Source: Eledone cirrhosa
Lineage: Eukaryota
Assembly: GCA_964016885.1 (NCBI GenBank)
Contig: OZ024743.1
Coordinates: forward strand, 244,652,001 to 244,716,000
Reading direction: 5' to 3'
Length of the DNA: 64,000 nucleotides
Both the position numbers and the translations under genes were made by a program. The notes beneath the pieces were generated by a model that saw nothing but the letters and a program-made list of their open reading frames with translations, was not told the origin of the DNA and did no database searches. Every line of letters begins with the position of its first letter. Within the stretch, counting starts at the first letter, position 1. Shown in pieces: positions 13,895 through 29,549 of the stretch.

Positions 13895-14513
13895 CAGGTT
13901 TTAGCTATTGACCAGTTAATTTTATTGATTTTTTTAGTTGATCTTATTGACTGATGAATAGCTCTTATTTATTTTAACACGTCTGTTGAGAACTCTTATT
14001 CGATATGTGATTTTTTGTATTCTTACAAAATTTACACTTTACTGAATTCTTTCGCCAATATTTCGCCATATAGGGGTTCCCTCCCTTGCTGGACTACACG
14101 TGCGTTCAGTAACGGGTCCCCCTGTATTTTTGAACGAAACATCCGCTGAGAAAGCAGTTTCCTCGTTCGTCTCTTTACTAGAAGTCAGATATATTTTTTA
14201 TGTGGGCTGACAGTAATTGATTAAGGAACTGCAGAAACCCCAAAAGCTAGAATTTAACATCCTTCTAGCGGGTCCGGGTGAGTTTTTACATTCATTTAAT
14301 TTATTAATTTATTAATTAATTATTTGAGTGACCCGAATTTTCCTGGTCGTTTTTTCGGCTGTGCGAATGATTTTAGGCATCGTCACTATGTGTTGGTATT
14401 TTAACGATAGTTATAGCTCTGGTTTATCCAAACTATTGAGCCTTCTGCCACACATGTCGAAGATTGTTTATCGTTATTTCGTGGGCCGAGATTCTGATTC
14501 TCGATTATTTACT

Positions 14514-14566
<53 letters not shown>

Positions 14567-14656
14567 TACTACTACTACTAGTAAAAATAACGTAATGATG
14601 ACCTAACAAATCGTTCTTTTTATTATTAGTATTACACTCCGCTTAGTACTACACCT

Positions 14657-14769
<113 letters not shown>

Positions 14770-15079
14770 GACGGTGATGAATTTGTTTTGCGAGGTTTTT
14801 GATATGAAATCGTGTATCGAAACAAATATTGTTATACTTGGGGAGGGTCATATTGTTGTAATAATATTGCCAGAATTAATAACAGAACACACTCACTGTT
14901 TGGTTGGTTTTCGCTTCTGTATCTTTTATATCTCCACAGTTAATTCATTTGGTCCTCAATGTTTATCATTGACTGACCAACGGTCAAAAATACAGATATA
15001 ATATAGATATAAACACATATATATAGTCTAACATATATATATAGTAAAAGAGTGAAAGAAATAAAGGAATATGTGTATA

Positions 15080-15164
<85 letters not shown>

Positions 15165-15498
15165 ATGTGTGTGTGTGTGCGTGTATGTGTATTCTAAACC
15201 CAATCGTAAAATCGCTTGGTATGCAAATGAGGCTAATCAGTCAATGTATACTTTAGAAAGCGTATGGCAGAGACGTATACAATCTTGACAAAGGGAGATA
15301 ACCCATAAACAGTTTAATTCTTCCTCAATGCCAGTGCTAGAACGAACGGATATCGATGTTCATAAAAAAAACATAGCATAATGAGGCTATTTGCTTGCAA
15401 ACGAATTGAATATTGTAATCATTATTCCATATAAAACTCATAAATACATTTATGTAACCCGCTATGTAAGAGCGAGAAATCAAATTCTAATTTTGTTC

Positions 15499-15529
<31 letters not shown>

Positions 15530-15827
15530 TATATTAATAAAAGGAATTCCAACTTTGTCTGATTTACTCGTTTTATTTACAATCCTTTAAAATTTATAAT
15601 GGTATTAGAATGAAATAGTATGGTAGAATATTAAATGTTAAGTGTTAATTGAACAAGTATGTTCATGCTTTCGCAATCTTCAGGTTCATATTCTGTGGTG
15701 ACAGTCAAGTTTGCAATTTTCAACTGTCATATATATATATATAAGTTATCCCGGGTTCAATCGGGGGTAACCACAGTAAGTAAGGTACTCAATACAGTGC
15801 AGAGTATAAATGTTTAATATAGAAACA

Positions 15828-15874
15828 CTTCTACAGGACTAGAACTGTTTCATTCGTGAGAAATCATCAGGAAG
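15828..15874 (-). ncRNA. Type I hammerhead ribozyme
   Basis: cttc-CTGATGA-tttctcacgaat-GAAA-cag ttctagtc ctg-TA-gaag; U-U mismatch at the base of stem II. Confidence 0.65.
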
Positions 15875-16318
15875 CTGACTGTCAAATATGGCGGTATTTA
15901 TATCTTTTCTGGTGGTAGGAGAGGGTGGGGATTGGGATGGGCGGAGATCATTTGTTGATGGGTTTACAGAAAAGAGAATTCTTTAAAGCTATAATTTATA
16001 TTTAGAGTGACAAAGGCAGAAAGGGTTCTATAAACAAGTTCAGATTGGAGTGCCACTCCTTATTTTTAAGTTTCTCTTAAGCTAACAATGCCTATATTTC
16101 AGGTGTCTACAAGATGGGTGGAGGTCATTGGTTGACCTTGTTTATAGAACTCTTTCTGCGTTTGTCACTCTAAATATAAATTATAGCTTTAAAGAATTAG
16201 CTTTTAAAGAATTTCCTTTTCTTTAAACCCATCAACCAATGACCTCCACCCATCCCAATCCCCACCCTCTACTACCACCAGAAAAGATATAAATACCAAT
16301 ATATTTACTTGGACAGTC

Positions 16319-16369
16319 AGCTTCCTGATGATTTCTCACGAATGAAACAGTTCTAGACCTGTAGAAGCT
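16319..16369 (+). ncRNA. Type I hammerhead ribozyme
   Basis: agcttc-CTGATGA-tttctcacgaat-GAAA-cag ttctagac ctg-TA-gaagct; loop III contains the palindrome TCTAGA. Confidence 0.7.
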
Positions 16370-16381
16370 TTTCTATATTAA

Positions 16382-16434
<53 letters not shown>

Positions 16435-16907
16435 ATGTGTAGTGTATTTGCAATCACACACACTGAGTGTACAAGGCTTATATTATTAATTAGAAGATGA
16501 GACTCAATTAGAACTGAGGGCTTGTGGCAAATGAAAAAGGGTACCGGGAGTTCGAGTAGACAGAGAATACTGAGTAGCGCCTCAGATACCATAATATTTT
16601 CTCATATCAGCCAAAGAGGAAAAAGGAACGGAAGCGAATATTATGTGGCACAGTAAACTGTAGATCTCACACACACACACGCATATATATATATATTTAT
16701 ATACATTATAAATATATATGTGTGTGTGCCCGTGTCCTGAGTGAACTCGTTTCTATTCCGGGCCCAAATACCATGTTTGTGTCATTGACGGCAAAATCTC
16801 TCATTTCGCTTATATTCCTCTTCTATAAAGATCCATACTTATGTTACATATCTCTCTCTATATATATATATATTAAATATAAATATATATATATATATTA
16901 AATATAA

Positions 16908-16989
<82 letters not shown>

Positions 16990-16990
<1 letters not shown>

Positions 16991-17176
16991 GGATGGTAGC
17001 TAAGATGCTTCCATAGGCGGTATGCCGGTTGAGCACTCTATGCTCTTACAGAGCAGAGTATGATATAATATAAAACGAAAAATCAGTGATGCACACAATG
17101 ATCACGTCTCGAGCTGTCCGCCGACGAAACAATTGTAACACAAATTGAGTTCAGATGCATCACTGATTTTTCGTTT

Positions 17177-17182
<6 letters not shown>
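16990..17182 (+). repeat. Rearranged copy of the 29543-29810 hammerhead-like repeat
   Basis: Shares AGCTAAGATGCTTCCATAG and CCGACGAAACAATTGTAACAC; includes an inverted copy of its own 3' end (~17070-17092). Confidence 0.6.
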
Positions 17183-17243
<61 letters not shown>

Positions 17244-17423
17244 TCGCTCTCGCACACACACATTTATATACATATAAAACTGTTTATATATGTATGTGTA
17301 AATGTATATGTATATTTATATATATACATTTACACATACACACATACATATATACACAGTTTTATATGTATATAAATGTGTGTGTATCTCTGTGTGCGAG
17401 AGAGAGAGAGAGAGAGAGAGAAT

Positions 17424-18445
17424 GCATGGAGGCCTTCATGACCAGCCAAAGAACAGCTGAGGAGAAATGGGCCATTGAGAAAATCAAACTTAACCCCAAA
17501 GTGTTCTTTTCATTTGCTAAAAAACACAGGTCACTGTCTCCACTGTTGGCCCTCTAGTTGATTAAAATGGCACACTCCAAGATAATGCCAAAACCATGGG
17601 CGAGATACTGCAGAAACAATACTGCTCTGTTTTCAGTAATCCTGATATGGCCGATCTGGGCTGTATCAGTGATGTTAATGCCCAACACACTATATCGGAC
17701 ATAACGTTTGGCGCCCCTGATGTCTTAGCGGCAATAAACGAAATTAAACACAATTCAGCAGTAGGCCCTGACAGGTTCCCTGCTTGTGTCCTGAATGTGT
17801 GTCGACACCAACTTGCATCTCCTCTCGCTAATCTGTGGAGGAACTCACTGGATACTGGCTATATTCCTGAAAACCTTCTGTTTTCAAAAAAGGAAGCAAG
17901 TCCCTTGCAGTGAACTACCCTCCGATCTCACTCACCTCTCCTATCATCAAGGTATTTGAGTGGGGGTGAGATCACGAATAACCCACTTTATTGAAAGCAA
18001 CAGACTGCTGAACTCCAACCAACATGGGTTCCGTAATGGAAAGGACTGCTTAACGCTGCTCCTGCATCACTTTGATGACATTTTGAGAGCTTTGGGAGAG
18101 GTCTCCAACACTCATGTCATCTACCTTGATTTCAGCAAGGTCTTTGACAGGTTGATCACAAGATTCTATTGAAAAAACTATACAACATTGGTGTCTCTGG
18201 AAAGTTACTGCAATGGATCAAGTGTTTCCTGACACACAGAGCCCAATATGTTGTAGTCGAAGGAGTAAAATCAAACCCAGCCAAAGTCAATAGTGACGTT
18301 CCGCAATGCACTGTGTTGGACCCACTTCCTTTCATCATCTACATTAATGACATTGCTGACATCTTCAAGTATAGCAACATAAGAATCTTTGCAGATGATT
18401 CCAAGCTCCAGAAGGTCATCATCAATGAAGTGGGTGACTGGACAT
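17424..18445 (+). mobile_element. CR1/L2-group LINE reverse transcriptase pseudogene
   Basis: Frameshifted RT motifs NPKVFFSFA, SAVGPDRFPA, NYPPISLTS, QHGFRNGKDC, VIYLDFSKVFD, DVPQCTVLDPLPFIIYIND, IFADDSKL. Confidence 0.9.
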
Positions 18446-18709
18446 GCCTATATATATATATTCTTACATAAACTGGAAATATTCTCCGAATTTGTAGAAA
18501 ACTTATAATGAAACAATTGTTTGGAAAGAGAGATATATTTTAACTTTAATTATATCTCATAAAATAATACAACTTGTTAGCACATAATACATATTGTTAG
18601 CACCCCAAACACTTAAATTGGGTTTATATTAAAATATAACCTAATGTTTGTTGAGTGAGATGGTTACCAGTCAGAGATTAGCCTTAAACTATCTCTGTTA
18701 TTGTATTAT

Positions 18710-18748
<39 letters not shown>

Positions 18749-18808
18749 GGGGGGTATTAATATATAAGGGAAGAAAGCATCAGTGTTGCATCATATACCC
18801 ATTTAATT

Positions 18809-18898
18809 ACATATTACATGTTTCACTGTCGATCAGCTCGAGGAACGATCTATTAATGATCGATCCTGACTCTGGAATCGGAAACTCCTCAGATATGT
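18809..18898 (-). ncRNA. Type I hammerhead ribozyme with ~60-nt stem II
   Basis: acatat-CTGAGGA-(~60-nt imperfect hairpin)-GAAA-CATG-TA-atatgt; 6-bp stem I, palindromic stem III. Confidence 0.65.
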
Positions 18899-18954
18899 TT
18901 TAACATGTAGACTCTCGTCTATATACATATATATGCATGTGTGTGTGAGTGTGA

Positions 18955-19045
<91 letters not shown>

Positions 19046-19071
19046 CATGTGTGTGTGTGAATGTGGTGTGA

Positions 19072-19174
<103 letters not shown>

Positions 19175-19259
19175 TATGTACTTATGCATGTATGTATATA
19201 TTGCACTAAACCATGTTCATTTAACATTTTTAAAGAAATACATTAAAATATTTCCCTAG

Positions 19260-20857
19260 TCATAAGTCAGTACTAAGGTTATAAAATATAATAGACATCA
19301 CCAATACCACAAACGCTCGTTTTATAAGAGATTGAGATTGCATAATAAGGGAGTCATCAACGCTCAATTTTTGTATGGCCGTTGGGTTTTGGGACACACA
19401 AGTGCTAGCTATCTTCAAGCTATCGATAAATTTCATACCCAAATTGGCAAAACTATATTGGGATGTTTAAGATCTACTCCCCAAATCGCTATTTTTCATG
19501 ATGTAGGATTAACCCCTACTCACTTGTTGATGGAGGAGTCTAGGAAACATAAATTGCTAACTGCTCAGTTTAAATGCAAAAGAAAACATATTTGTCTTCC
19601 TCCATGAGTAGAACAATTAAAAACTCAACGAGGAAGCAAAAGAATTCCAGAACATTATCATAGAGTCAATCTGTTTTAACAACTAGATCAGTTACACAGA
19701 TGGGGTACACTCAGACAAGGGAGTTGGGTGTGGAGCTAATTGGTCTTTCAAAAATAATCTGAGAGATATGAGCCTTAGATGAAAGTATTAGTACTTATGA
19801 ACCTAGATGAATCACTACCTCCTTACGGACAACTGACACTGCACGCCAGGTCCGAAAACAAGAGCCGAACTCCCACTGTCATCGCCTCCATATCTCTCGC
19901 CCTCCCCATCTCTCTCTATTATGAGCAAATGGGGTCCCACGTGCTGGCCGCCCTACTGCCCCGGCAGACAAAATGGAGAAGGTGTTTCCCTGGAGGATGG
20001 TAATTGAGATGCGCTGGAAGAGCCATTCCATCTCACAAGGCTCACACCTGCGGCTAGCCAGCTCAGTGCCTAAGGTATTAAGTAAGGAGGTATCCCTAGA
20101 GCCAAGGACACCAGAAGTCTCCACTACTAGGGGCTCGACTGCCAACCTGTCGGTTAGCGACCGATACTTGGAGAGTTTACCCTCCTCAGCCCGAAGTGCA
20201 GCAGAACCTGGGTTAGTCGCAGACTGCACCAGGTAAACTCTCCAATTTCAATCCTCTACTTTCTCAACCAGACCTGACAATATTTAAAACATATCAGACA
20301 TTGAGCAATGTTAATAAAAAAGACTATGTTGGCTTCGAACAGGACATATACCATTGAATTACATTTTATCATGAACAGGTGATAGAGAATCACCTCTATG
20401 TTATTGTGGTGACTTCCCAGAAGTTCTTTGGCACTATTTGTTCCGATGTAAAACTATCAGACTGAGAAAGAGGACATCTTGAAGCCGATCATTAAACATG
20501 TAGCAAGACTGGAGATACAATATATTGTAAAAGATTTACCAACTATAAACAAAATCTTTGAGTACATGGAAGTTACGAAAAGATTCAACAACAGAACCTT
20601 TTGGCTGTTTAACAACTTCTCTTGTTTTCCGTTTTTATTGTTTTTTTGTATCTTTTTATGCTTATTTTGTCCCCGGTTGACCTATTTATTGTTTTTACTT
20701 TAATTTATTTTTTCAATTACAATTTTTATTTTTATATTTACTTATCTCTGTCTATCTTGCTATTATACTTGTTTATTTTTTTGTTTCTCAACTGTAAGTA
20801 CTAGATACTTCCTCTAGTCAGTCACGGCTTACTAGCTCTATACGGAAGTTTAAATTG

Positions 20858-20860
<3 letters not shown>
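19260..20860 (+). mobile_element. Decayed I/Nimb-like LINE (RT thumb, RNase H, CCHC), interrupted by a CRE fragment
   Basis: SASYLQAIDKFHTQIGKTILGCLRSTPQIAIFHDVGLTP; RNase H start YTDGVHSDKGVGCG (~19693); LRTGH...SPLCYCGDFPEVLWHYLFRC (~20335-20450). Confidence 0.7.
19810..20233 (-). mobile_element. CRE-clade retrotransposon 3' fragment (RLE C-terminus)
   Basis: AEEGKLSKYRSL...PLVVETSGVLG...WLFQRISITILQGN; same family as 51290-53790. Confidence 0.8.
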
Positions 20861-20924
<64 letters not shown>

Positions 20925-21355
20925 ATAATAATAAATTTGAAGACTAAAATCCAAAGAGGGCTCGATAAGGATAAATATATATATCAAATATATAAGAACC
21001 GTAGAGCAAATATTTATTAAAATAACAGATTAAAGTTTAAGCAAAGAATCGCTGCTTTCACCCTTAACGGGATCTTCTGAAACTAACAAAGTCAATCTGT
21101 GAACGCAGAAGTGAATATTTAAAAAAACGTTGCAACCGGAGGAAGGTTCGTGGAAACGTTCGCTGGCAAAGAACGGGAAAAAACGAATATGATACGTCAT
21201 TAATAGGAGCGGTGAAAAGCAATTACGCGCAAAGACAGAACCACGTTTATGGTATAAAAGAAGTCGTAGACTAATGTTCTCTTAGGTGGTGCATAGAGAC
21301 GTTCTCTGGCAATGAACGGAAAAAAAATATATATATATAGAGAGAGAGAGATATT

Positions 21356-21437
<82 letters not shown>

Positions 21438-21696
21438 ATCCGTTCCCCTCCACATCATTCTTCATCTCCTCACTTTTTATTTCCATGGTCCCCCACCTGA
21501 TAGGTTCTCCCACCTGTCAATACAACTATAACTACGTCGACCAAGAGATAGATTTGAATTAAACAAAACCATAAAGTTATATTTCCTCGCTACCGAAACG
21601 GTCAAAGCCGAAAATCTTTATAATATATACAATCTACTTTTCCCATGATGGCCTTTCTCATCTTAAACAGTAACATTTCACCGATATATATCTATA

Positions 21697-21787
<91 letters not shown>

Positions 21788-22381
21788 CAGTAACTTTGAT
21801 TATTTACACAATATACCTTAAAAAACGCACACGTTTAAACATACACATACACTCACAAATAATATCGACACTAATACACACACACTTCACTGCGTTCCAA
21901 ATCTTTACAAAGACTACCTAGCGGTTTGTCTTCTTTACTCTCTTTATTTTCGATTACTTTTTTCTTTACTTGGACTACCTTTATTTTCTGTATCTCCTTT
22001 GTGATCCTGTCTCTATTTTTGTACTCCTGAAGAACGACTAACGCCCGATACGTCGAACTTTCTTTCCCATTTTTCATATAAAGGGTGAAACTAATAAGAC
22101 CTCTGTTTGTTGTCTCCTTGAACTATATTTATATATATACCAGTGAAATGTTACTGTTTAAGACGAGTATATATGTGACAGGTTAGGGACCTCATTAGTC
22201 AAGGTCATAGACAGCCAGTCTAAAGCTGGAAATGAAGAAGAATAGAATATCAGAAAGAAATGCAAACGGGCGAAAAATATTTAAATTGTTTTATAAAAAT
22301 AATATGTAAATAAACAATTTTAAGTATAAAAACAGACTCAAGGTGAACATATGATATACCACTCAATATGCTATACATGAT

Positions 22382-22395
<14 letters not shown>

Positions 22396-22421
<26 letters not shown>

Positions 22422-22461
22422 GATATGTGTGTGTGTGTATGTGTGTATATATATATACAAA

Positions 22462-22493
<32 letters not shown>

Positions 22494-22510
22494 CTGTATA
22501 TACATATATA

Positions 22511-22601
<91 letters not shown>

Positions 22602-22647
22602 ATATGTATATATATAAGTATACATGCATGCATATATGTATATACAC

Positions 22648-22693
<46 letters not shown>

Positions 22694-22918
22694 TGTGTGT
22701 ATATATACTGTAAGTATATATATGTATATACGTATATGTATATATGTGTATGTATATATATATGTACATATGTATATGTATATATATATATATGTATATA
22801 TGTATATGTATATATATGTATGTATATATGTGTATATATGTATATGTATATATGTGTATGTATATATGTGTATATATATATAAGTATATATGTATATGTA
22901 TATATATATGTATATATG

Positions 22919-22974
<56 letters not shown>

Positions 22975-23026
22975 CACACACATACATACATACATACATA
23001 CATACATACATACATACATACATACA

Positions 23027-23060
<34 letters not shown>
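22396..23060. repeat. Compound TA/TG/CATA microsatellite
   Basis: Low-complexity dinucleotide and tetranucleotide repeats. Confidence 0.9.
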
Positions 23061-23634
23061 CATAAATATGCATATAATAAATTCTTTAACATATGTTTCT
23101 GTACAATAATTGTCTACATGCGCTGACTGCAAAATCCCATGCTCAATCACACGCATTACGCAAAATTATTGCTCTCCATCAAAAAGAGACAAATCGTTAT
23201 AGTCCAAGGCGAGTTCGTCGCATTCCTGTAACAAGCATTACTCACTGCTAACTGATCCGAGGTATAAACCACTCGTTTGTACTTCATTTCTACTGAGGAT
23301 GTAGCCATAGTACCAACAGCAAGTACACGGTGATCTTAATCATCATCATAATCAACATCACCAGTATCGCCAGCTTCTGTAACAGCCAAATAGGGACCAT
23401 CTATTCGGTCGTTCGACCTTCTAGATGTAGCTACCATATCTCTCTAGTGTCTTAGAAATAGATGTCACATTAAATAATGTATGCCTGATTAGAAGTGAGA
23501 TGGTCATGGTAGGAACGTCGTTGACCTGAAGTTAAACAAACAACAACAATATCAACATCCTCCCCATCAGCTTCAGTATCATCACCTACACCGACATTAC
23601 CAGCATCCCCAACACACAAACCAACATCTTTGAC

Positions 23635-25522
23635 ACCATCATCATCACTACTATCATCATCACCAGCACCTCAACATCATCACTACTATCATCATCATCA
23701 CCAGCACCTCAACACCACCACTTCTATCATCATCATCACCATCATCATTATCATAATTATTATCACAAAATCCATCATCATCATCTTCTTCATCATAATT
23801 ATAACCATCACCATCATCATTATCATCATCGACACCAACTTGACCAGCATCAACATCACCATCAGCAACGGCATCAACATCATCACAACGACAGCGACGA
23901 CGACCACCACCACCACCATCATCATCACAACGACGCCGACCACCACCACCACCACCATCATCATCACAACGACGCCGACCACCACCACCACCACCACCAT
24001 CATCACAACGACGCCGACCACCACCACCACCACCACCACCACCACCATCATCACAACGACGACGACGACCACCACCACCACCACCACCACCACCACCATC
24101 ATCACAACGACGACGACGACCACCACCACCACCACCACCACCACCACCATCATCACAACGACGCCGACGACCACCACCACCACCACCACCACCACCACCA
24201 CCACCACCATCATCACAACGACACCGACCACCACCACCACCACCACCACCACCACCACCACCACCATCATCACAACGACACCGACCACCACCACCACCAC
24301 CACCACCACCACCACCACCATCATCACAACGACGCCGACCACCACCACCACCACCACCACCACCACGATCATCATCACAACGACGCCGACGACGCCGACG
24401 ACCACCACCACCACCACCACCACCACCATCATCACAACGACACCGACCACCACCACCACCACCATCATCATCACAACGACGCCGACGACCACCACCACCA
24501 CCACCACCACCACCATCATCACAACGACGCCGACGCCGACGACGACCACCACCACCACCACCACCACCATCATCACAACGACACCGACCACCACCACCAT
24601 CATCATCACAACGACGCCGACGACCACCACCACCACCACCACCACCACCACAACGACGCCGACGATCACCACCACCACCACCACCACCACCACCACCATC
24701 ATCACAACGACACCGACCACCACCACCACCACCACCACCACCATCATCATCACAACGACGCCGAAGACGACGACGACGACCACCACCACCACCACCATCA
24801 TCATCATCACAACGACGCCGACGACTACCACCACCATCACAACGACCACCACCACCACCACCACCACCACCACCACCACCATCATCATCATCACAACGAC
24901 GACGACGACCACCACCACCATCACAACGACCACCACCACCATCACAACGACCACCACCACCACCGCCACCACTACCACCACCACCACCACCACCACCACC
25001 ACCGCCACCACCACCACCACCACCACCACCACCACCCCCACCACCACCACCATCATCATCACAACGACGACGACGACCACCACCACCATCACAACGACCA
25101 CCACCACCATCACAACGACCACCACCACCACCGCCACCACTACCACCACCACCACCACCACCGCCACCGCCACCACCACCACCACCACCACCACCACCAC
25201 CATCATCATCACAACGACGACCACCACCACCACCACCATCACAACGACCACCACCACCACCACCACCACCATCATCATCATCACAACGACGACCACCACC
25301 ACCACCACCATCACAACGACCACCACCACCACCACCACCACCACCACCACCACCACCATCATCATCACAACGACGACCACCACCACCACCACCATCACAA
25401 CGACGACGACCACCACCACCACCACCACCACCACCACCACCACCACCACCACCACCGCCACCACCACCATCACCACCACCACCACCACCACCACCACCAC
25501 CACCACCACCACCATCATCATC
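23635..25522. repeat. (ACC)n/(ATC)n/(ACG)n compound trinucleotide satellite
   Basis: Recurrent ATCATCACAACGACG-(ACC)n unit of variable length. Confidence 0.9.
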
Positions 25523-25733
25523 AAACAATATAAGTACATACCCAGCCATTTTATTATTATCAATGTTTGTTCTGTTATAAGTAATCCTAATTCTTTCTCA
25601 GACTTCACAGTTCACCATTGCAGAAACAACGTAAGCAGATTCTGAAGAATGGTTGGAATCCCTACCTCTTGAAAGACATTGATGATTTATGGAAGTCAAT
25701 GACTAATTCACATACATCACACACACACACACA

Positions 25734-26196
<463 letters not shown>

Positions 26197-26534
26197 TTTG
26201 GGCAATGCGGATGAAGAAATAAAATATATTATTTTATTCAAAATGTTTCATCTTAAAAGACTTTCGTCAGTTAATCAGCATGAGGTTCTTCATCACGCCA
26301 GAAATGTTAGCGTTCATTAACGGTCGAAGGAGTGTAGGAAATCTAAATTATATTATACTGGCCCAGATGTCCTTTGGATATGTGAATTGAGTTGCCTTAA
26401 ATTTATAACTGAAAGTTTCGACTAAAATATTGTTTTCTTTCATCATATGCATTATCTGGGATTCTAGGCCATTTAAGATTTTATTATTATATATACATAC
26501 ATAAAGAAACCATTATTATATATACATACAATGA

Positions 26535-26978
26535 CAATAGGGAGTGATAATCCCAATTTTCAAAAAGAGAGACAAGAGAGATTGCTCCAATTACAGAGAG
26601 ATCTCTGCGGTAAAGTCTATGCTAAGTGTCTGGCAACGAGATGTGGCGAGATTGTCGAGTCCAAGCTCCGATACTATGGGCATGTGGTTAGAATGGTCTC
26701 AGGAAAGAATCGCTGGGCAGATTTTACAGACAAACACAACCGGTAAGAGACCCAGGGGTAGACCCCGAGAAAGAGAGCTGGATAACATCCATGAGCTCGA
26801 CTGGTATCGCATGGGGATCCAGCCAGATCAGTTTGAGACGGTTGCTTCTGACAGGACCCGCTGGAAGGAGTGTCTGAGGACTCTACCCAAACGACCCTCT
26901 CCGCAATAAGTGGACGAAGAAGAAGAAGAAGAAGAAGAAGAAGAAGAAGAAGAAGAAGAAGAAGAAGAAGAAGAAGAA
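26535..26978 (+). mobile_element. Internally deleted RTE-clade LINE with (GAA)n tail
   Basis: IIPIFKKRDKRDCSNYREIS joined almost directly to LRYYGHVVRM...GKRPRGRPR...ASDRTRWK; (GAA)n tail. Second fragment at ~47690-47900. Confidence 0.8.
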
Positions 26979-27019
26979 CAACAACAACAACAACAAGATA
27001 TATTATGTTATATATTGAT

Positions 27020-27170
27020 ATAATTGTTTCTACTTTTAGCACAAGGCCAGCAATTACCCCAGTACATTACTGGTACTTTATTTTATCAACCCAGTAAGGA
27101 TGAAAGGCAAAGTTAACCTCGGTGGGGATGTGAAATCAGACCGTAAAGGGCCGTAATTCTATGCTGTAAA
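27020..27170 (-). mobile_element. tRNA-derived SINE (partial)
   Basis: Matches 28441-28620. Confidence 0.65.
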
Positions 27171-27211
27171 GTTACATGTTATATATTAATATAATACAAA
27201 GTTATATGCTA

Positions 27212-28430
27212 TCTCTCTATACATAAGATTCTTTGTCGCTCTGTCTGTCTGTCTCTCTGTCTGTCTGTTCCTATGCATTCTCAAACGGATGGACCAGATC
27301 AAATCAAAGTTTACAAGGTAATAATACTATTAGACCCAGGGAGTGTCAACATGTAATATTTATTTTCATTTGGATTAAAACAATATAACATTTTATCTAA
27401 AATAACCTTTCTATAGTCAACTATAGTAAACCACCACGACGGCGACGACGACGACGACATCACATTTTGTATATGAGTGTGTATGTGTCTGTGAGTGTGT
27501 GTGTGTTTGAGAGTTCGTTATGTACGTTAGGCCTCAGAGGATTAAACACACACACATCTACACAAGTAATAGGTGTGCGTAAATGCGTGTCTGTGTGTGC
27601 CTGTCTTAGTATATGTATGTGTGTGTGATTGTATGTGTGTTTTTATTTTAGGCCTCAGAGAATTAAACATACACACACACACATCTACACATACATATAG
27701 CCTTAGTAAGTTGATACACATCTTCACACACAGACAATTAAACACACACACATCTACATATACAGATACATATGTGATGGCAGACAGGTATACGTGAATG
27801 TATGCCTGTCTTAGTATATATATGTGAGTGTATATGAGAGTGTGTGTGAGTGTATGTGTGTATGTATGTGTAAGTGTATGTGTGTGTGAGTGTATGTGTG
27901 ATATTTTCATCTGGATTAAAACAATAGAAAACAACACAACCACGTCACATATTGTATATAAATATGTACGTGTCTGTGAGTGTGTGTGTGTGTGCGCGCA
28001 TTCGTGAGGTACGTTATTAAATACACACATACATCTACACATACATATACATATGTAGCGACTGAAAAAGCATGAGGGGAAAAGCTATGCGTGTGTCTGC
28101 GTGAATGTATGTCTGTGTGTGTGTCTGTCTTAGTATATGTATATGTATGTGAGAGTGTATGTGTGAGTGTGTAGCAACAATTTATTGATTTGGACACCAA
28201 CAAAAAATTACACAATGAAAATAGTTTACCCTAAGATGCTTCAAGATTGACAGATTTTCATTTCTAAACTCATTATCATTACAATTTTGATTTTTTTTTT
28301 TTCCTATAAAATATAGATATTTTGAAATAATTATGAGAAAAAAAAGAAAAAAAACGTATCTTCATATTCATTGTTTACTAATTTGAATAAGAACAGCAGT
28401 AACCCGGGCAACACCAGGTAATTCAGCTAG
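27212..28430 (+). mobile_element. Non-autonomous Helitron-like element
   Basis: A|TC start, internal (CTGT)n, 3' hairpin CCCGGGCAACACCAGG then CTAG|T (28427-28430). Confidence 0.65.
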
Positions 28431-28440
28431 TATATTAATA

Positions 28441-28620
28441 TAATTGTTTCTACTTTTGGCACAAGGCCAGCAATTACCCAGTGCATTACTGGTACTTTAT
28501 TTTATCGACCCCGTAAGGATGAAAGGCAAAGTTAACCTCGGCGGGATTTGTACTCAGAATGGCAAGGGCCGTAACTCTATACGTCAAAGAATGGCGTCCG
28601 ACCCTCTACCGATACTGCCA
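28441..28620 (-). mobile_element. tRNA-derived SINE
   Basis: Reverse complement of the 6470-6616 family. Confidence 0.7.
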
Positions 28621-29385
28621 ATAGAACATAATGATAAATTCACACTCACATTTATCAAATACGTCCAATGCTATTGCTTTCATTATTGACAATACGGGTA
28701 CACAAGTCATTTAATATTATTTAATACCGTTTATACATTCTGATACCCTATTCTTTAATTCTTTTACCAATTTCAGTCAATAGACCGGCGGAACTGCCCG
28801 TATCCTTCACGCTATAATACTATTTCACAATTCCGTTTCAATTTCCTATTGTTCAAGCCATAAATGAATGTACATGTGTGTACTTTACTGTGAGTGAATG
28901 GGAATATGTATGTGAGTGAATGCGTCTCTGTATGTATACGTGTGTGTATATCTATATATGTATATGTATGTGTATCCAAGCACGTGTGTATAGGTGCGAA
29001 TGCACGTGTATGTATTATGTACGTGTATGTATATGTATACTTGTGCGTATGAGGATGTATTTATATGCATGTATGTATGTATGTATATGTATATATGTGT
29101 ATGATCATGTGTATATATATGAAGGTATGTGCATGAGCATGTATGTATGCGAATAGATGTGAATGTATGTGTAGATGTGTATGTGTGTAGATGTGTATGC
29201 GTATATGAGTATATAGGTGCGTGTGAATGAATAAGCGTGTATGTGTGTATGGGTAAGTATGAGTGTATGTACATGTGTGAGCAAGTGTATATGTGTCAAT
29301 ATGTATGAATACATATCCGTGTATGCATGCGTGCATGTGTTTGCGTATATGTGTTTATGAGTGTGTGTGTGTATTTGCTTATGTG

Positions 29386-29457
<72 letters not shown>

Positions 29458-29473
29458 AATGAAAATATATATG

Positions 29474-29542
<69 letters not shown>

Positions 29543-29549
<7 letters not shown>

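Larger units (their letters stand above)
15745..16385. mobile_element. Penelope-like inverted (head-to-head) pLTR structure
   Basis: ~15815-16040 is the reverse complement of ~16135-16382; each arm ends in a hammerhead pointing outward; flanked by (TA)n. Confidence 0.7.

Noticed and set aside
23630-25645. 671-aa Thr-rich and overlapping Gly/Val-rich ORFs
   Set aside because: Open in several frames on both strands because the trinucleotide repeats lack stop codons.
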